From assembly GCA_964398485.1 (NCBI GenBank), contig CAYNMD010000001.1:5072-69071 (forward strand): a stretch of 64,000 bases of DNA, written 5' to 3'. Each line of letters opens with the position of its first letter. Positions within the stretch are counted from its first letter, which is position 1. The stretch is from an uncultured Bdellovibrionales bacterium. Lineage in GTDB: Bacteria > Patescibacteriota > Minisyncoccia > Moranbacterales > UBA1568. Of the stretch, positions 50,872 to 60,223 are shown piece after piece. The notes under the pieces are model-generated. The model made no database searches, was not told the origin of the DNA, and saw only the letters and a list, made by a program, of their open reading frames with translations. The translations under genes and the position numbers were made by a program.

Positions 50872-51415
50872 TCTTCTTCCTAAAGAAAAACAACAAGAGC
50901 TTTCGCGGAAATTTTATTCTCGGTTTTTTCTTTGGCAAACTTGTCTCATATTAGTCCTGGTTATTTTTTATGCGACTGTTCTTGGGGGTATTTATTTCTT
51001 ACTCAATTATCAAGTGAAGGGAGCTCAATTGGCTCTGGATAGTTTCAATCAATACAATCAGGAGTCAAGGAAACTCACTGAATACCAAGAGGCTTTTCGA
51101 CAAGCCAATAACCTGAGTGCGGACATAAACCGATATTTGGATCAACATCATCAATGGGGAAAATTATTCTCCCTGCTAGAGAAACTAACCCCAGTAGGGG
51201 TATCTCTGACTGGTTTGAGTACTAAGGACTATACGGTTTCTGTCGCTGGGCGAGCTGATACTCGTGATCAGTTTTTGGCTTTTGAAGCAGCTCTTAAAGC
51301 GGCTGAGTGTACCAGTGATGTCAAAGTCCCGCTCTCTAATCTCTTTGCTCAGACCGAACTAGATTTTCAGATTGACTTTAATATCAAGAAGGAGTGTCTT
51401 TTGAATCGTAATTAG
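50855..51415 (+). CDS. pilN: PilN-like protein
   Basis: LNLLP motif, TM, coiled coil; follows pilM. Confidence 0.8.
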   Translation: MRILLNLLPKEKQQELSRKFYSRFFLWQTCLILVLVIFYATVLGGIYFLLNYQVKGAQLALDSFNQYNQESRKLTEYQEAFRQANNLSADINRYLDQHHQWGKLFSLLEKLTPVGVSLTGLSTKDYTVSVAGRADTRDQFLAFEAALKAAECTSDVKVPLSNLFAQTELDFQIDFNIKKECLLNRN

Positions 51416-51420
51416 GATGT

Positions 51421-52197
51421 ATGGCGAACAACACTCAATGGAACAAGGTAAAACCATGGCTCATTCAAGGAGGGCTTTTGCTTGGAATGGGTATGCTTTT
51501 TTGGTTTGGGATAAAGCCACTTCATACGATGATTTCTGCGCGGATGGATACGATACAGCAGCTTGATGTGATGCGGGAATTTCGATCTAGTGAAATCAAA
51601 AAACTTCCTGATCTCGAGAAACAGAATGAACTCATTCAATCATACAAGAAGGATCTCATGATTGTGCTTGCTAAAGATGATTTAGTTGGATTTATCCAGA
51701 AATTGGAGGAACTAGCAGTAAGTGAAGGAGTAAAAATAGAAATTGTCTCGAGAGATAACACTCTTTTGGAGAGTAAAATAACAAAGTCGGAAAATACCAA
51801 GGAAAAAAAAGTAAGTAGTGAGACGGGTTCTTCTAGTGAGGCAGCTCCACCGGTGTCAGCTGATAAACGTAAGGCCAAGAATTCGACGGAAATATTGGAC
51901 AAGCTTCCGCTGAAGCATTATATTCGATTGACGTTGATTGTTGATGCTCCCTATGAGTCGTTGGTACGGTATCTAGCAAAAGTTGAAACGATGCCATATG
52001 CTCTAGAAATACTTGGCCTTGTTATTAAAGAATCTGAAAAGAAATCTGACGAATCAGGACCATCATTTAGTGGGGATTTTGTTCAGAGTGATATTTCTCA
52101 AGTGGACAATGGGGGAGGGGAAGCGTTGGCACCTATCCCACTATCGCCACTGATTCTTTCTGGGGAGTTTGATTTAGTGGTCTATACCAAGGAGTAG
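51421..52197 (+). CDS. PilO-like protein
   Basis: TM plus coiled coil, Y..L..YL..VE..P; operon position. Confidence 0.65.
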   Translation: MANNTQWNKVKPWLIQGGLLLGMGMLFWFGIKPLHTMISARMDTIQQLDVMREFRSSEIKKLPDLEKQNELIQSYKKDLMIVLAKDDLVGFIQKLEELAVSEGVKIEIVSRDNTLLESKITKSENTKEKKVSSETGSSSEAAPPVSADKRKAKNSTEILDKLPLKHYIRLTLIVDAPYESLVRYLAKVETMPYALEILGLVIKESEKKSDESGPSFSGDFVQSDISQVDNGGGEALAPIPLSPLILSGEFDLVVYTKE

Positions 52198-52209
52198 CTT
52201 CATTGCAGT

Positions 52210-52533
52210 ATGAAAATGAAAATAAAAAAAATAAATTGGGTGAATATAGTGAAGTACGGTTTCTCCGTGTGGCTGCGTCATTATAAGCTACTCTTTTTTA
52301 TCTCATTTCTTGTGGTAGCAGGATTGGGTGGATACGAGTGGAGGAGAAGCCTTTTTACTTACAGTTGGACTCCGGAGCAGCGAAAGGCATATCTTGATGC
52401 CACTATTAAAGAAACGGTTTTTCAGGAACAGCAGTTTCTTGGGTCTCTCAAGAAAATTGATGTTCTTCGCAGTGAACACGCAAAGAGGGTTAGTCCTAGT
52501 GAAGAACTCTTCATTTCAGGAAAAGAGGACTAG
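52210..52533 (+). CDS. Small TM protein at the end of the pilus operon
   Basis: 107 aa, one TM. Confidence 0.6.
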   Translation: MKMKIKKINWVNIVKYGFSVWLRHYKLLFFISFLVVAGLGGYEWRRSLFTYSWTPEQRKAYLDATIKETVFQEQQFLGSLKKIDVLRSEHAKRVSPSEELFISGKED

Positions 52534-52583
52534 TCAGGCAATAATTATTGACAAAATACTACAAGTCTGGTATTTTGACATTT

Positions 52584-53624
52584 ATGCCTGCACTACTTTC
52601 AATGTATCTCAAGAATCTCGGAGATTCTCTCCCTCGTTATCGTCAGGAGCAGATTTGGCAAGCGCTGTTTTCTCCAAGGTATCATTCCTGGGAGGAAGTT
52701 TCATCGTTACCAAAAATGCTACGCGATGAATTAATGCGAGAGGTGTCATGGATTAGTTTGAAAGAAAAATATGTTTTGTCGAGTAAGCAACAAGATACTT
52801 ATAAGGCCCTCCTTGAGACGAATGATCATAAAATGGTGGAGACAGTGCTTATGAAGAATGCTCGGGGGCATTTTAGTATTTGTGTATCGTCTCAGGTTGG
52901 ATGTGCTATGGCTTGCACCTTTTGCGCTACTGGAAAAATGGGTTTTACGAGGAATTTAACTGCCCATGAAATTGTAGATCAATACCGTTTCTGGATGTAT
53001 TTTTTGAGGGAGCATCCCGCGTTAGATCAGCAGATCACCAATGTTGTTTACATGGGCATGGGTGAGCCCCTGGCTAATTACGATAACGTAAAAAGTTCTT
53101 TACAGACTCTTTTGAAATATACAGAGATGGGACCCACTCGCCTTACTGTTTCGACAGTTGGCCTAATTCCAATGCTCAGAAAAATTTTGTCTGATACTGA
53201 TTGGCCGCCAGTAAAAATCGCAGTGTCGCTCCACAGTGCTGATGGTGAGACTCGGCGGAATATTATGCCATCTTCCTATCAAGGATTTCTGGAGGATCTG
53301 GCTCAGTGGACAAAAGAGTATTTTGCTCAATTTGATTCTCGTCGACGGCACCTAACTTTTGAGTATGTGATGTTAGCTGGAATAAATGATACCTCATCTC
53401 ATGCAGAGAAATTAATTAAGTTTGCTCGGCGGGTGGGTAAGGTAAAAGTAAATCTTATTCCTTACAACGATACGAAAAGCAAGTATGAAACGAGCGAAAG
53501 TGAAGCGCTTATATATTTTGAAGAAAAATTGCGTCAGGCTGGCGTTGATGTTACTCGTCGTCGAACTATGGGAGCCGATATTGCTGCTGCCTGCGGTCAG
53601 TTGATAGTTGAAAATAAATCATGA
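52584..53624 (+). CDS. rlmN: 23S rRNA/tRNA m2A methyltransferase
   Basis: CVSSQVGCAMACTFCATG, MGMGEP, AACGQL. Confidence 0.96.
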   Translation: MPALLSMYLKNLGDSLPRYRQEQIWQALFSPRYHSWEEVSSLPKMLRDELMREVSWISLKEKYVLSSKQQDTYKALLETNDHKMVETVLMKNARGHFSICVSSQVGCAMACTFCATGKMGFTRNLTAHEIVDQYRFWMYFLREHPALDQQITNVVYMGMGEPLANYDNVKSSLQTLLKYTEMGPTRLTVSTVGLIPMLRKILSDTDWPPVKIAVSLHSADGETRRNIMPSSYQGFLEDLAQWTKEYFAQFDSRRRHLTFEYVMLAGINDTSSHAEKLIKFARRVGKVKVNLIPYNDTKSKYETSESEALIYFEEKLRQAGVDVTRRRTMGADIAAACGQLIVENKS

Positions 53625-54616
53625 TGAAAGAAAAGCTTCTTTGGATATCTTTCTGTAGTGTAGCAATTGTCAGTTTGATTATTTGGCTTTTTTTCGATCT
53701 AACCAATAGATCAACTATCTCTCTTGATTATTTCCATCAAAACGAATCTAGAAAGACAGAAGTAGCCCATCAAGAGTTGCCTGAAGTGAAGGTGCTATTT
53801 GGTGGAGATGTCATGCTGGATCGTTATATTCGGACGGTCATGAATCGCAGAGGAGAAGATTATCCCCTGGTTCCTCTCCAGACAGTGCTTGCTGAAAACG
53901 ATAGAGTTGTAGCGAATCTCGAGGGGCCAATTACTGAACATACGTCAGTAAGTGAGGGAAGCGCTATAGGAGAGAAAAAAAATTATGTATTCACTTTTGC
54001 ACCAGGAAGTGCTAGTTTTTTGAAACGTAATCATATCAATATTGTAAATATTGGTAACAATCATATATTAAATTTTGGCAAGGGGGGAGTGCAATCGACG
54101 AAAAATTTTTTGGATACAGCAGGGGTAAGATATTTCGGTGATCCACTATCCGAAAAAAGAACGCTCATAGAAACTATACATAATACAAAGATTGGTTTTG
54201 TAAACTATAATGAGTTTATTGCTGAAGGAAAAGAGAAGGTAATGCAGGATATTCAGAAAGTAAGAGGAGTGGTTGATATTCTCGTAGTCTACGCTCATTG
54301 GGGAAAAGAATATGTTGGAGTGCCTTCGTCAGTGAGAGACTTGGCCCATGAATTTATTGAGGGTGGCGCTGATGTGATCATCGGGTCGCATCCACACATT
54401 ATCCAGGAGAAAGAAGTATATCAGGGGAAGGTGATATATTATTCTCTAGGAAATTTTATTTTTGACCAGTATCAAGATTGGTCGACCCGACAGGGACTCC
54501 TTGTGAAGATGAAAATACATCCAACAACTCACGAACTTCGGTTTGAAGAAATTCCAATTATACTCAATCGTAGTGGTCAAACTGAAGTAAAATCAAAGAC
54601 TATTGTGGAAGAATAG
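53621..54616 (+). CDS. CapA-family metallophosphoesterase
   Basis: GDVM, NLE, NNH, HWG, GSHPH, YSLGNF. Confidence 0.9.
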   Translation: MMKEKLLWISFCSVAIVSLIIWLFFDLTNRSTISLDYFHQNESRKTEVAHQELPEVKVLFGGDVMLDRYIRTVMNRRGEDYPLVPLQTVLAENDRVVANLEGPITEHTSVSEGSAIGEKKNYVFTFAPGSASFLKRNHINIVNIGNNHILNFGKGGVQSTKNFLDTAGVRYFGDPLSEKRTLIETIHNTKIGFVNYNEFIAEGKEKVMQDIQKVRGVVDILVVYAHWGKEYVGVPSSVRDLAHEFIEGGADVIIGSHPHIIQEKEVYQGKVIYYSLGNFIFDQYQDWSTRQGLLVKMKIHPTTHELRFEEIPIILNRSGQTEVKSKTIVEE

Positions 54617-54659
54617 TGGTTGATTTTTCTTTTCTTTCTTAGTACACTAGCAGGACTTT

Positions 54660-55850
54660 ATGTCTAATACTTACTTTATTCAAACATTTGGCTGTCAGCA
54701 GAACACAGCTGATTCCGAACGATTGGCGAGCTATTATGAGGCTCGCGGTTTTATGCCGGCTGAAAATCTTGAGACTGCTTCAACTCTTATTATCAATACT
54801 TGTATCGTCCGAGATCGAGCCGAAGAAAAAGTCTACGGATTAGTACAGAATCTTCGCGAAAAATCAAAACGACATAAAGATGATCTGCATATTGTTGTGA
54901 CAGGATGCTTGGTGGGAGCAGCTACCCGAGAGCCGTCGGGAAAACTCATTAAACGGATGCAGGCAAGGCTTCCGGATGCAGAGTTTCTTCCTCTGGAAGA
55001 AGTTGGTTTTGAGCATGCCCCAAAACGTCAGCAAGGAAAATTAGCTTCTATAGTTATTTCTAATGGGTGCAATAATTATTGTGCCTTTTGCATTGTGCCA
55101 TTTTCTCGTGGCAAAGAGCGTTCACGACCATTCCAGGATATTCTTGCTGAAGTGAGGCAGGCAGTATCAGCTGGGAAGACGGAGATTATGCTTCTGGGGC
55201 AGAATGTGAACTCTTATGGGGCAGATATTCTCTTTGAGGCTATGAAGAACAAGGGGAAATATGAACTTCCGAGTGGTGATCTGGTAGAGCCAGTGATGGT
55301 AAAGCATCTTGGTCGCCATCGTATCCCTACCATTTTCCCAAAGCTTCTCGAAGCGGTAGCTATCATTCCTGGAGTCGAAAAAGTTTCATTTCTGTCTTCA
55401 AATCCTTGGGATTTTTCTGATGCCCTTATCGAAACCATTGCTAAACATAAAAATATTGATCGCTTGCTCCATCTGCCGATACAGGCGGGGAGCAATAAAA
55501 TAATCAAGGCTATGAATCGTTGGTACACACGTGAGGAATACCTTGACCTTATTGAGCGTATTCGATCCAAGGTCCCTGAAGTAAAATTTACGACTGACAT
55601 TATCGTCGGCTTCCCCGGGGAAACAAGAGAGGATTTTGAGGAGACGCTTGATATCGCAAAGAGGGTAAAGTTTGATCGGGCGTACATTGCCTGGTACTCA
55701 CCGCGTCATGGCACGGCGGCGCTCAAAATGAAAGAAGAAATAGATATTCATGAAAAAAAGCGCCGCTATACTGAGTTAGATCATCTTGTTTTGCGTCTTG
55801 CTGGCCGAGAGCATTTGATTGGGAAAACATCGCTCACACCGAAAGAGTAA
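54660..55850 (+). CDS. miaB: MiaB-family tRNA methylthiotransferase (no TRAM domain)
   Basis: TFGCQQN, NTC, GC, CNNYCAFC, DIIVGFPGE. Confidence 0.85.
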   Translation: MSNTYFIQTFGCQQNTADSERLASYYEARGFMPAENLETASTLIINTCIVRDRAEEKVYGLVQNLREKSKRHKDDLHIVVTGCLVGAATREPSGKLIKRMQARLPDAEFLPLEEVGFEHAPKRQQGKLASIVISNGCNNYCAFCIVPFSRGKERSRPFQDILAEVRQAVSAGKTEIMLLGQNVNSYGADILFEAMKNKGKYELPSGDLVEPVMVKHLGRHRIPTIFPKLLEAVAIIPGVEKVSFLSSNPWDFSDALIETIAKHKNIDRLLHLPIQAGSNKIIKAMNRWYTREEYLDLIERIRSKVPEVKFTTDIIVGFPGETREDFEETLDIAKRVKFDRAYIAWYSPRHGTAALKMKEEIDIHEKKRRYTELDHLVLRLAGREHLIGKTSLTPKE

Positions 55851-55964
55851 GGAAAAATGCCTTAAGAGAGGCAAAATTATACCCTCTGCGGGAGATATTT
55901 TTTGTGGTATAGTCGAGATAAGTAATCGCCATAGGTGCGGTTATGATTCCTCAAGGAGGATGTC

Positions 55965-56207
55965 ATGGATCGCTTTATTTCCGAGTTCATCCTGATGGGT
56001 CTGGTACTTTTCGCTCTCAAGCAACTTGAACCAGTCGCCCTGCGTCTCTTTGGTGTCTTCTGCAGCTGGGTGGCTAGCTGGCCATGGGTGCAGCACCTCG
56101 AGACACGATGGAAGGCGCGCCAGTTGCGGAAACGAGCAGAGGAAGCTTGGGGTACTCGACAGGCGGCTGATGCCTGGGAAAGACGCTTCGGGAAAGACGC
56201 CTCCTAG
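55965..56207 (+). CDS. Orphan small membrane protein (80 aa), cassette G
   Basis: AAGGAGG 5 nt before ATG; TGGTATAGT upstream; hairpin 56231-56264 plus T-run. Confidence 0.65.
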   Translation: MDRFISEFILMGLVLFALKQLEPVALRLFGVFCSWVASWPWVQHLETRWKARQLRKRAEEAWGTRQAADAWERRFGKDAS

Positions 56208-56317
56208 TCGTCCTCGGAGGACTCTCTCTATACCGTCTTTGGTTTCGATAAACCCGAGGCGGTGTTCTTTTTTGAAAAAGGAAAAAGTGCTAGGATGGGG
56301 GCAATTATTGAAATGGT

Positions 56318-57112
56318 ATGCAAAACACGTATACACTTATCTCTTGGAATGTAAATGGACTCAGGGCAGCTGGGCGAAAAGGATTTATTGATTGGATGCA
56401 GGCAGGAAAATATCCGGTGGTGGGAGTTCAGGAGACTAAGGTGTCTCATCCTGATCAGCTCGACGAAACATTGAGGCATCCCGATGGTTATACGAGTTAC
56501 TTTCATTCAGCTACCGAAAAAAAAGGGTATAGCGGCGTTGGGATCTATACCAAGATTAAGCCTATAAGTGTTAAGACGTTTTTTGGAAATAATTTACTGT
56601 CGCGAGAGGGTCGGGTGATTGAGATGGAATTTCGTGAATTCATTCTCCTGAATATTTATTTTCCTAATGGTGGATCTGGTGATTTGCGTCTCCAATACAA
56701 GCTTGAGTTCTATGAGGAGTTCTTGCACTACATTGAACATTTGAAAGGGCAGGGGAAGCCAGTGATATTTTGTGGTGATGTAAATACGGCACATCAAGAA
56801 ATTGATCTGGCCAGGCCAAAGGAGAATGAAAACACCTCTGGTTTCATGCCCAAAGAACGTGTTTGGATTGATCAGTTCATCAAGGCAGGTTTTATTGATA
56901 GTTTTCGATATCTAAACCCGTCTCTAACACAGTACAGCTGGTGGGATATGAAAACAAAAGCTCGTGAACGAAATGTTGGTTGGCGGATTGATTATTTTTT
57001 TGTCGATGATCGACTCAAAAACAATATTAAGGATGCCTTTATACTCGATACGGTTCCAGGATCAGACCATGCCCCAACAGGACTCTCTTTGGTTTTTTCG
57101 GATGCTCTGTAA
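56318..57112 (+). CDS. xth: Exodeoxyribonuclease III
   Basis: SWNVNGLRA, QETK, GDVN, WRIDY, SDHAP. Confidence 0.95.
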   Translation: MQNTYTLISWNVNGLRAAGRKGFIDWMQAGKYPVVGVQETKVSHPDQLDETLRHPDGYTSYFHSATEKKGYSGVGIYTKIKPISVKTFFGNNLLSREGRVIEMEFREFILLNIYFPNGGSGDLRLQYKLEFYEEFLHYIEHLKGQGKPVIFCGDVNTAHQEIDLARPKENENTSGFMPKERVWIDQFIKAGFIDSFRYLNPSLTQYSWWDMKTKARERNVGWRIDYFFVDDRLKNNIKDAFILDTVPGSDHAPTGLSLVFSDAL

Positions 57113-57135
57113 CGATCTTCATCTTTGCATTTTAT

Positions 57136-58350
57136 ATGATAAGTACCCCACGAGAGCCTCTGGCAGAGCGGCGGCGTCCTAAGGCGCTCGAGCAGTTTCT
57201 TGGGCAGGAAAAACTTCTGGGCAAAGGGGCCTATTTACGCCAGATGATAGAACGCGATACGGTTCCCTCGCTTATTTTCTGGGGTCCTCCCGGCTCTGGC
57301 AAAACAACTCTAGCGAGGCTAATAGCTTCTGAGACATCAGCTCATTTTGTTTCGTTGTCGGCGGTTACCAGTGGGAAAAAAGATTTACAACAAGTTCTCG
57401 AACAGGCTGACGTGGCAAGGCGTCTTGGAGAACGGACGATTCTTTTTGTAGATGAAATTCATCGTTGGAATAAGGCTCAGCAGGATGCTTTACTCCCTCA
57501 GGTTGAGAACGGTGTCGTTACTCTGATCGGAGCTACGACCGAAAATCCAAGCTTTGAGGTAAATGCTGCTTTACTTTCACGGGCTCGGGTGGTGGTCTTT
57601 ACCAGACATACTGAAGCGACGACAGTAAAACTTCTTCATGACGCTCTCAGAGAGGATATATATCTCAGTAAAAAGGGCATTGTTTGTACTGAAGAGGGAA
57701 TTGGTTTTATCGCCGCTTTATCAGGTGGGGATGCTCGTGCGGCTTATTCTCTCCTTGAGGCAGTAAGCGAAACAGGTAAGGAAATTACACCAGAGCTAGT
57801 GGGCGAAATCGCTGAAAGGTCACATCTTCTTTACGATAAAGGAGGGGAGGAGCACTACAATTTGATTTCGGCACTTCATAAAGCTATGCGAGGGAGTGAT
57901 GCTGATGCGAGTCTCTACTACCTGGCTCGTATGCTCGAGGCTGGTGAGGATCCGCTTTATATAGCTCGGCGCATTGTACGGTTTGCTTCCGAAGATATTG
58001 GCGTGGCCAATTCTTTGGCTCTCCCGCAGGCAGTGGCAGCCTTGCAAGCCTGCCAAATGCTTGGAATGCCGGAGTGTGAGGTACATTTAGCGCAAGCAGT
58101 AGTCTATATGGCTCTTTCCAAGAAATCAAATGCTCTTTATACCGCTTACGGTAAGGCTAAACAGGATGTCAGGGATTATCCTAATGAGCCAGTACCTCTT
58201 CATCTTCGTAATGCTCCCACCAAGCTTATGAAGACTCTCGAGTATGGTAAAGGATACAAGTATACGCCTGACTACAAAAACAAAAAAGAGGCCGAACAAG
58301 AGTATTTTCCTCAGAAGCTAAAAGGGAGAAAGTATTTGTCTCAGGTTTGA
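57136..58350 (+). CDS. rarA: Replication-associated recombination protein A
   Basis: [32 protein letters not shown]. Confidence 0.95.
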   Translation: MISTPREPLAERRRPKALEQFLGQEKLLGKGAYLRQMIERDTVPSLIFWGPPGSGKTTLARLIASETSAHFVSLSAVTSGKKDLQQVLEQADVARRLGERTILFVDEIHRWNKAQQDALLPQVENGVVTLIGATTENPSFEVNAALLSRARVVVFTRHTEATTVKLLHDALREDIYLSKKGIVCTEEGIGFIAALSGGDARAAYSLLEAVSETGKEITPELVGEIAERSHLLYDKGGEEHYNLISALHKAMRGSDADASLYYLARMLEAGEDPLYIARRIVRFASEDIGVANSLALPQAVAALQACQMLGMPECEVHLAQAVVYMALSKKSNALYTAYGKAKQDVRDYPNEPVPLHLRNAPTKLMKTLEYGKGYKYTPDYKNKKEAEQEYFPQKLKGRKYLSQV

Positions 58351-58585
58351 TTTTTTCGAAAAAACTTTTTTCTCCCTGAAAGAGGATATGTTTGCGGGCG
58401 TGAAAACAACAGGTCTTTTTATGAGTAATGTAACAAGAGAATTTTCTCTTCCTGAAGCAGGATAGCTTTGCGGTCGAGAGAAATTCACTTGTTAAAGTTT
58501 AATTTTGGTTAAAAAAGAATCAAGGCGCTGCGAGTGATATCGCAAGCGCCGAGATAGGAAGGGGTGATCTTGGTCGCGTTGGACC

Positions 58586-58795
58586 TTAATCGCCATCAGG
58601 ATTCCAAAGACAGTGCCAGACCAGCCTTTCTACAGGCTTTTGTGGTGGTTGTGGAGCGTTTGGTTTATCAGCTTTCACAACTGATGCTTGTCCCTGGAGG
58701 GGTAATGTAGCGACGTGACTCGCGCTACTCACCAGGTGCCGGTATCCCGGATTTTCCATGGCGAGGCGTTCTCGTAAGTTTGCTCCGTTGAGCAT
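58586..58795 (-). CDS. Orphan small protein (69 aa) with a structured leader, cassette H
   Basis: GGAG 6 nt before ATG; TTGACA-17 nt-TATACT at 59016-58988; hairpin 58524-58550 plus T-run. Confidence 0.5.
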   Translation of the reverse strand: MLNGANLRERLAMENPGYRHLVSSASHVATLPLQGQASVVKADKPNAPQPPQKPVERLVWHCLWNPDGD

Positions 58796-58987
58796 CACAT
58801 TCTCCCAATTGTTGCACAAATGAAGAAGCCGGTTCCTTAAGGGGGGAGACCGGCTTCTTTTTGCTTTCGAAAGTGGAATTCTAGCGTCTACATTCAAGGG
58901 CAAAAACAAAACGGTCTCCTTCGCTCCAGAGGAGGAAGGTGCACATAAGACCCATAAAGATGCGACCGTTTTGTTGCATATGGGAAA

Positions 58988-59086
58988 AGTATAAAAACTC
59001 TCAAAGAGGATGTCAAATAGGTTTTTGGTCATATGAGTATTGTTTTGGAGTAATTATTTGACATACCAAAAAAAGTGTGTTACCAT
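58988..59086. promoter_or_regulatory. Back-to-back sigma70 promoters (cassettes H and I)
   Basis: Minus: TTGACA-17-TATACT; plus: TTGACA(59058)-17-TACCAT. Confidence 0.7.
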
Positions 59087-59194
59087 CCTCAAGCGGTTCT
59101 CGGCCAAGCTAGAGGCGAGAGCTTGAGGTGATGGAGCTGATGGAAATCAGTTTTGTCTATACAACGAACCCGTCAATTTAGGAGATGTGCAAAC

Positions 59195-59458
59195 ATGACG
59201 GATCAACGATTGGGCGGATTCTGCCCGCGAGTACTTGGGGCTTTTCTGCTCAAGGCGGAGGCTTTTCTTCGGAGTTCGGAGAGTGTCTATAGCGGCCTCC
59301 TCAAGATCGCCGAAGAGGTGGCGGCATACAACTTGGCCTATGCGACTGTCCTCATCAAGATGGCCCGGGGTTCCCCCCTCTGCCAAAGCTGGTTCTTCTA
59401 TGCTTTCGAGAAGATGGTCTACACGGCGATGGCTTCTCCGAGTCGGTTGAAATCATGA
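59195..59458 (+). CDS. Orphan protein (87 aa), cassette I
   Basis: AGGAG 10 nt before ATG; G/C-ending codons. Confidence 0.5.
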   Translation: MTDQRLGGFCPRVLGAFLLKAEAFLRSSESVYSGLLKIAEEVAAYNLAYATVLIKMARGSPLCQSWFFYAFEKMVYTAMASPSRLKS

Positions 59459-59640
59459 AGTCGAAGCTCACAGAGGATGAGGCTTGGCGACTCGCTCGAT
59501 TGATCGCTGGTCTGAAGCGTGCCGGAAGAGGTGCCAAGGCCACAAGGCTTTCCGCGATGCTTCAACCGCTAGCCTGTAGGCGTTTCAAGCCTTCCAATAG
59601 CCATGGCGTCAAGACCCGTCTGAGGACCCGCCCTCGCTAA
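59455..59640 (+). CDS. Small basic orphan (61 aa) coupled to the previous ORF
   Basis: ATGA overlap; hairpin 59672-59705 plus T-run downstream. Confidence 0.45.
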   Translation: MKSKLTEDEAWRLARLIAGLKRAGRGAKATRLSAMLQPLACRRFKPSNSHGVKTRLRTRPR

Positions 59641-59745
59641 CCTGTACGTTCTCGGCAAGGCCCGAGATCAAGAGACCCTGCTGCGCATTGTCGTGGTAGG
59701 GTCTCAAAATTTTTTATGCTACACTAAGGTCTGAACTTTTTATTT

Positions 59746-60219
59746 ATGCCATATCCAGCCCTGAGAAAAATAGCTCCAGATTTTTGCCTCTTAGATCAGG
59801 AGGGGAAAGAACATACTTTGAAGCAATATCGCGACCGATGGGTTATTCTCTATTTTTACCCAAAAGATGATACGCCAGGCTGTACGGTCGAAGCTTGTAG
59901 TTTTCGGGATAACTTCGCAGCACTCAGGCGATCCGGCGTTGTTGTGTTGGGTGTTTCGGTGGACCCGGTGAAAAAACATGCCAAGTTTGTCGAGAAATAT
60001 GATCTCCCGTTTACGCTACTCGCTGATGAAGAGAAAACAGTGGTCAATCTCTACGGTGTGTGGGGGAAGAAAAAATTTATGGGCCGTGAGTATATGGGGA
60101 CCAATCGAGTATCATTTCTTATTGATCCCAAGGGGAAGCTCGTCAAAATTTATGATTCAGTGAAGCCAGCCGAACACGTAGAAGAAGTTCTCTCTGATAT
60201 GAAATCACTCAATAAATAG
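59746..60219 (+). CDS. bcp: Thiol peroxidase Bcp
   Basis: YFYPKDDTPGCTVEAC. Confidence 0.95.
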   Translation: MPYPALRKIAPDFCLLDQEGKEHTLKQYRDRWVILYFYPKDDTPGCTVEACSFRDNFAALRRSGVVVLGVSVDPVKKHAKFVEKYDLPFTLLADEEKTVVNLYGVWGKKKFMGREYMGTNRVSFLIDPKGKLVKIYDSVKPAEHVEEVLSDMKSLNK

Positions 60220-60223
60220 AGCT

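Noticed and set aside
58796-59032. Longer 148-aa version of the cassette H ORF
   Set aside because: Its start lies upstream of the predicted promoter and it runs through the leader hairpins; the SD supports ATG 58795.
3992-59705. Cassette-end hairpins as integron attC sites
   Set aside because: They lack RYYYAAC/GTTRRRY boxes, share no sequence, are followed by T-runs, and no integron integrase is present; they fit intrinsic terminators.
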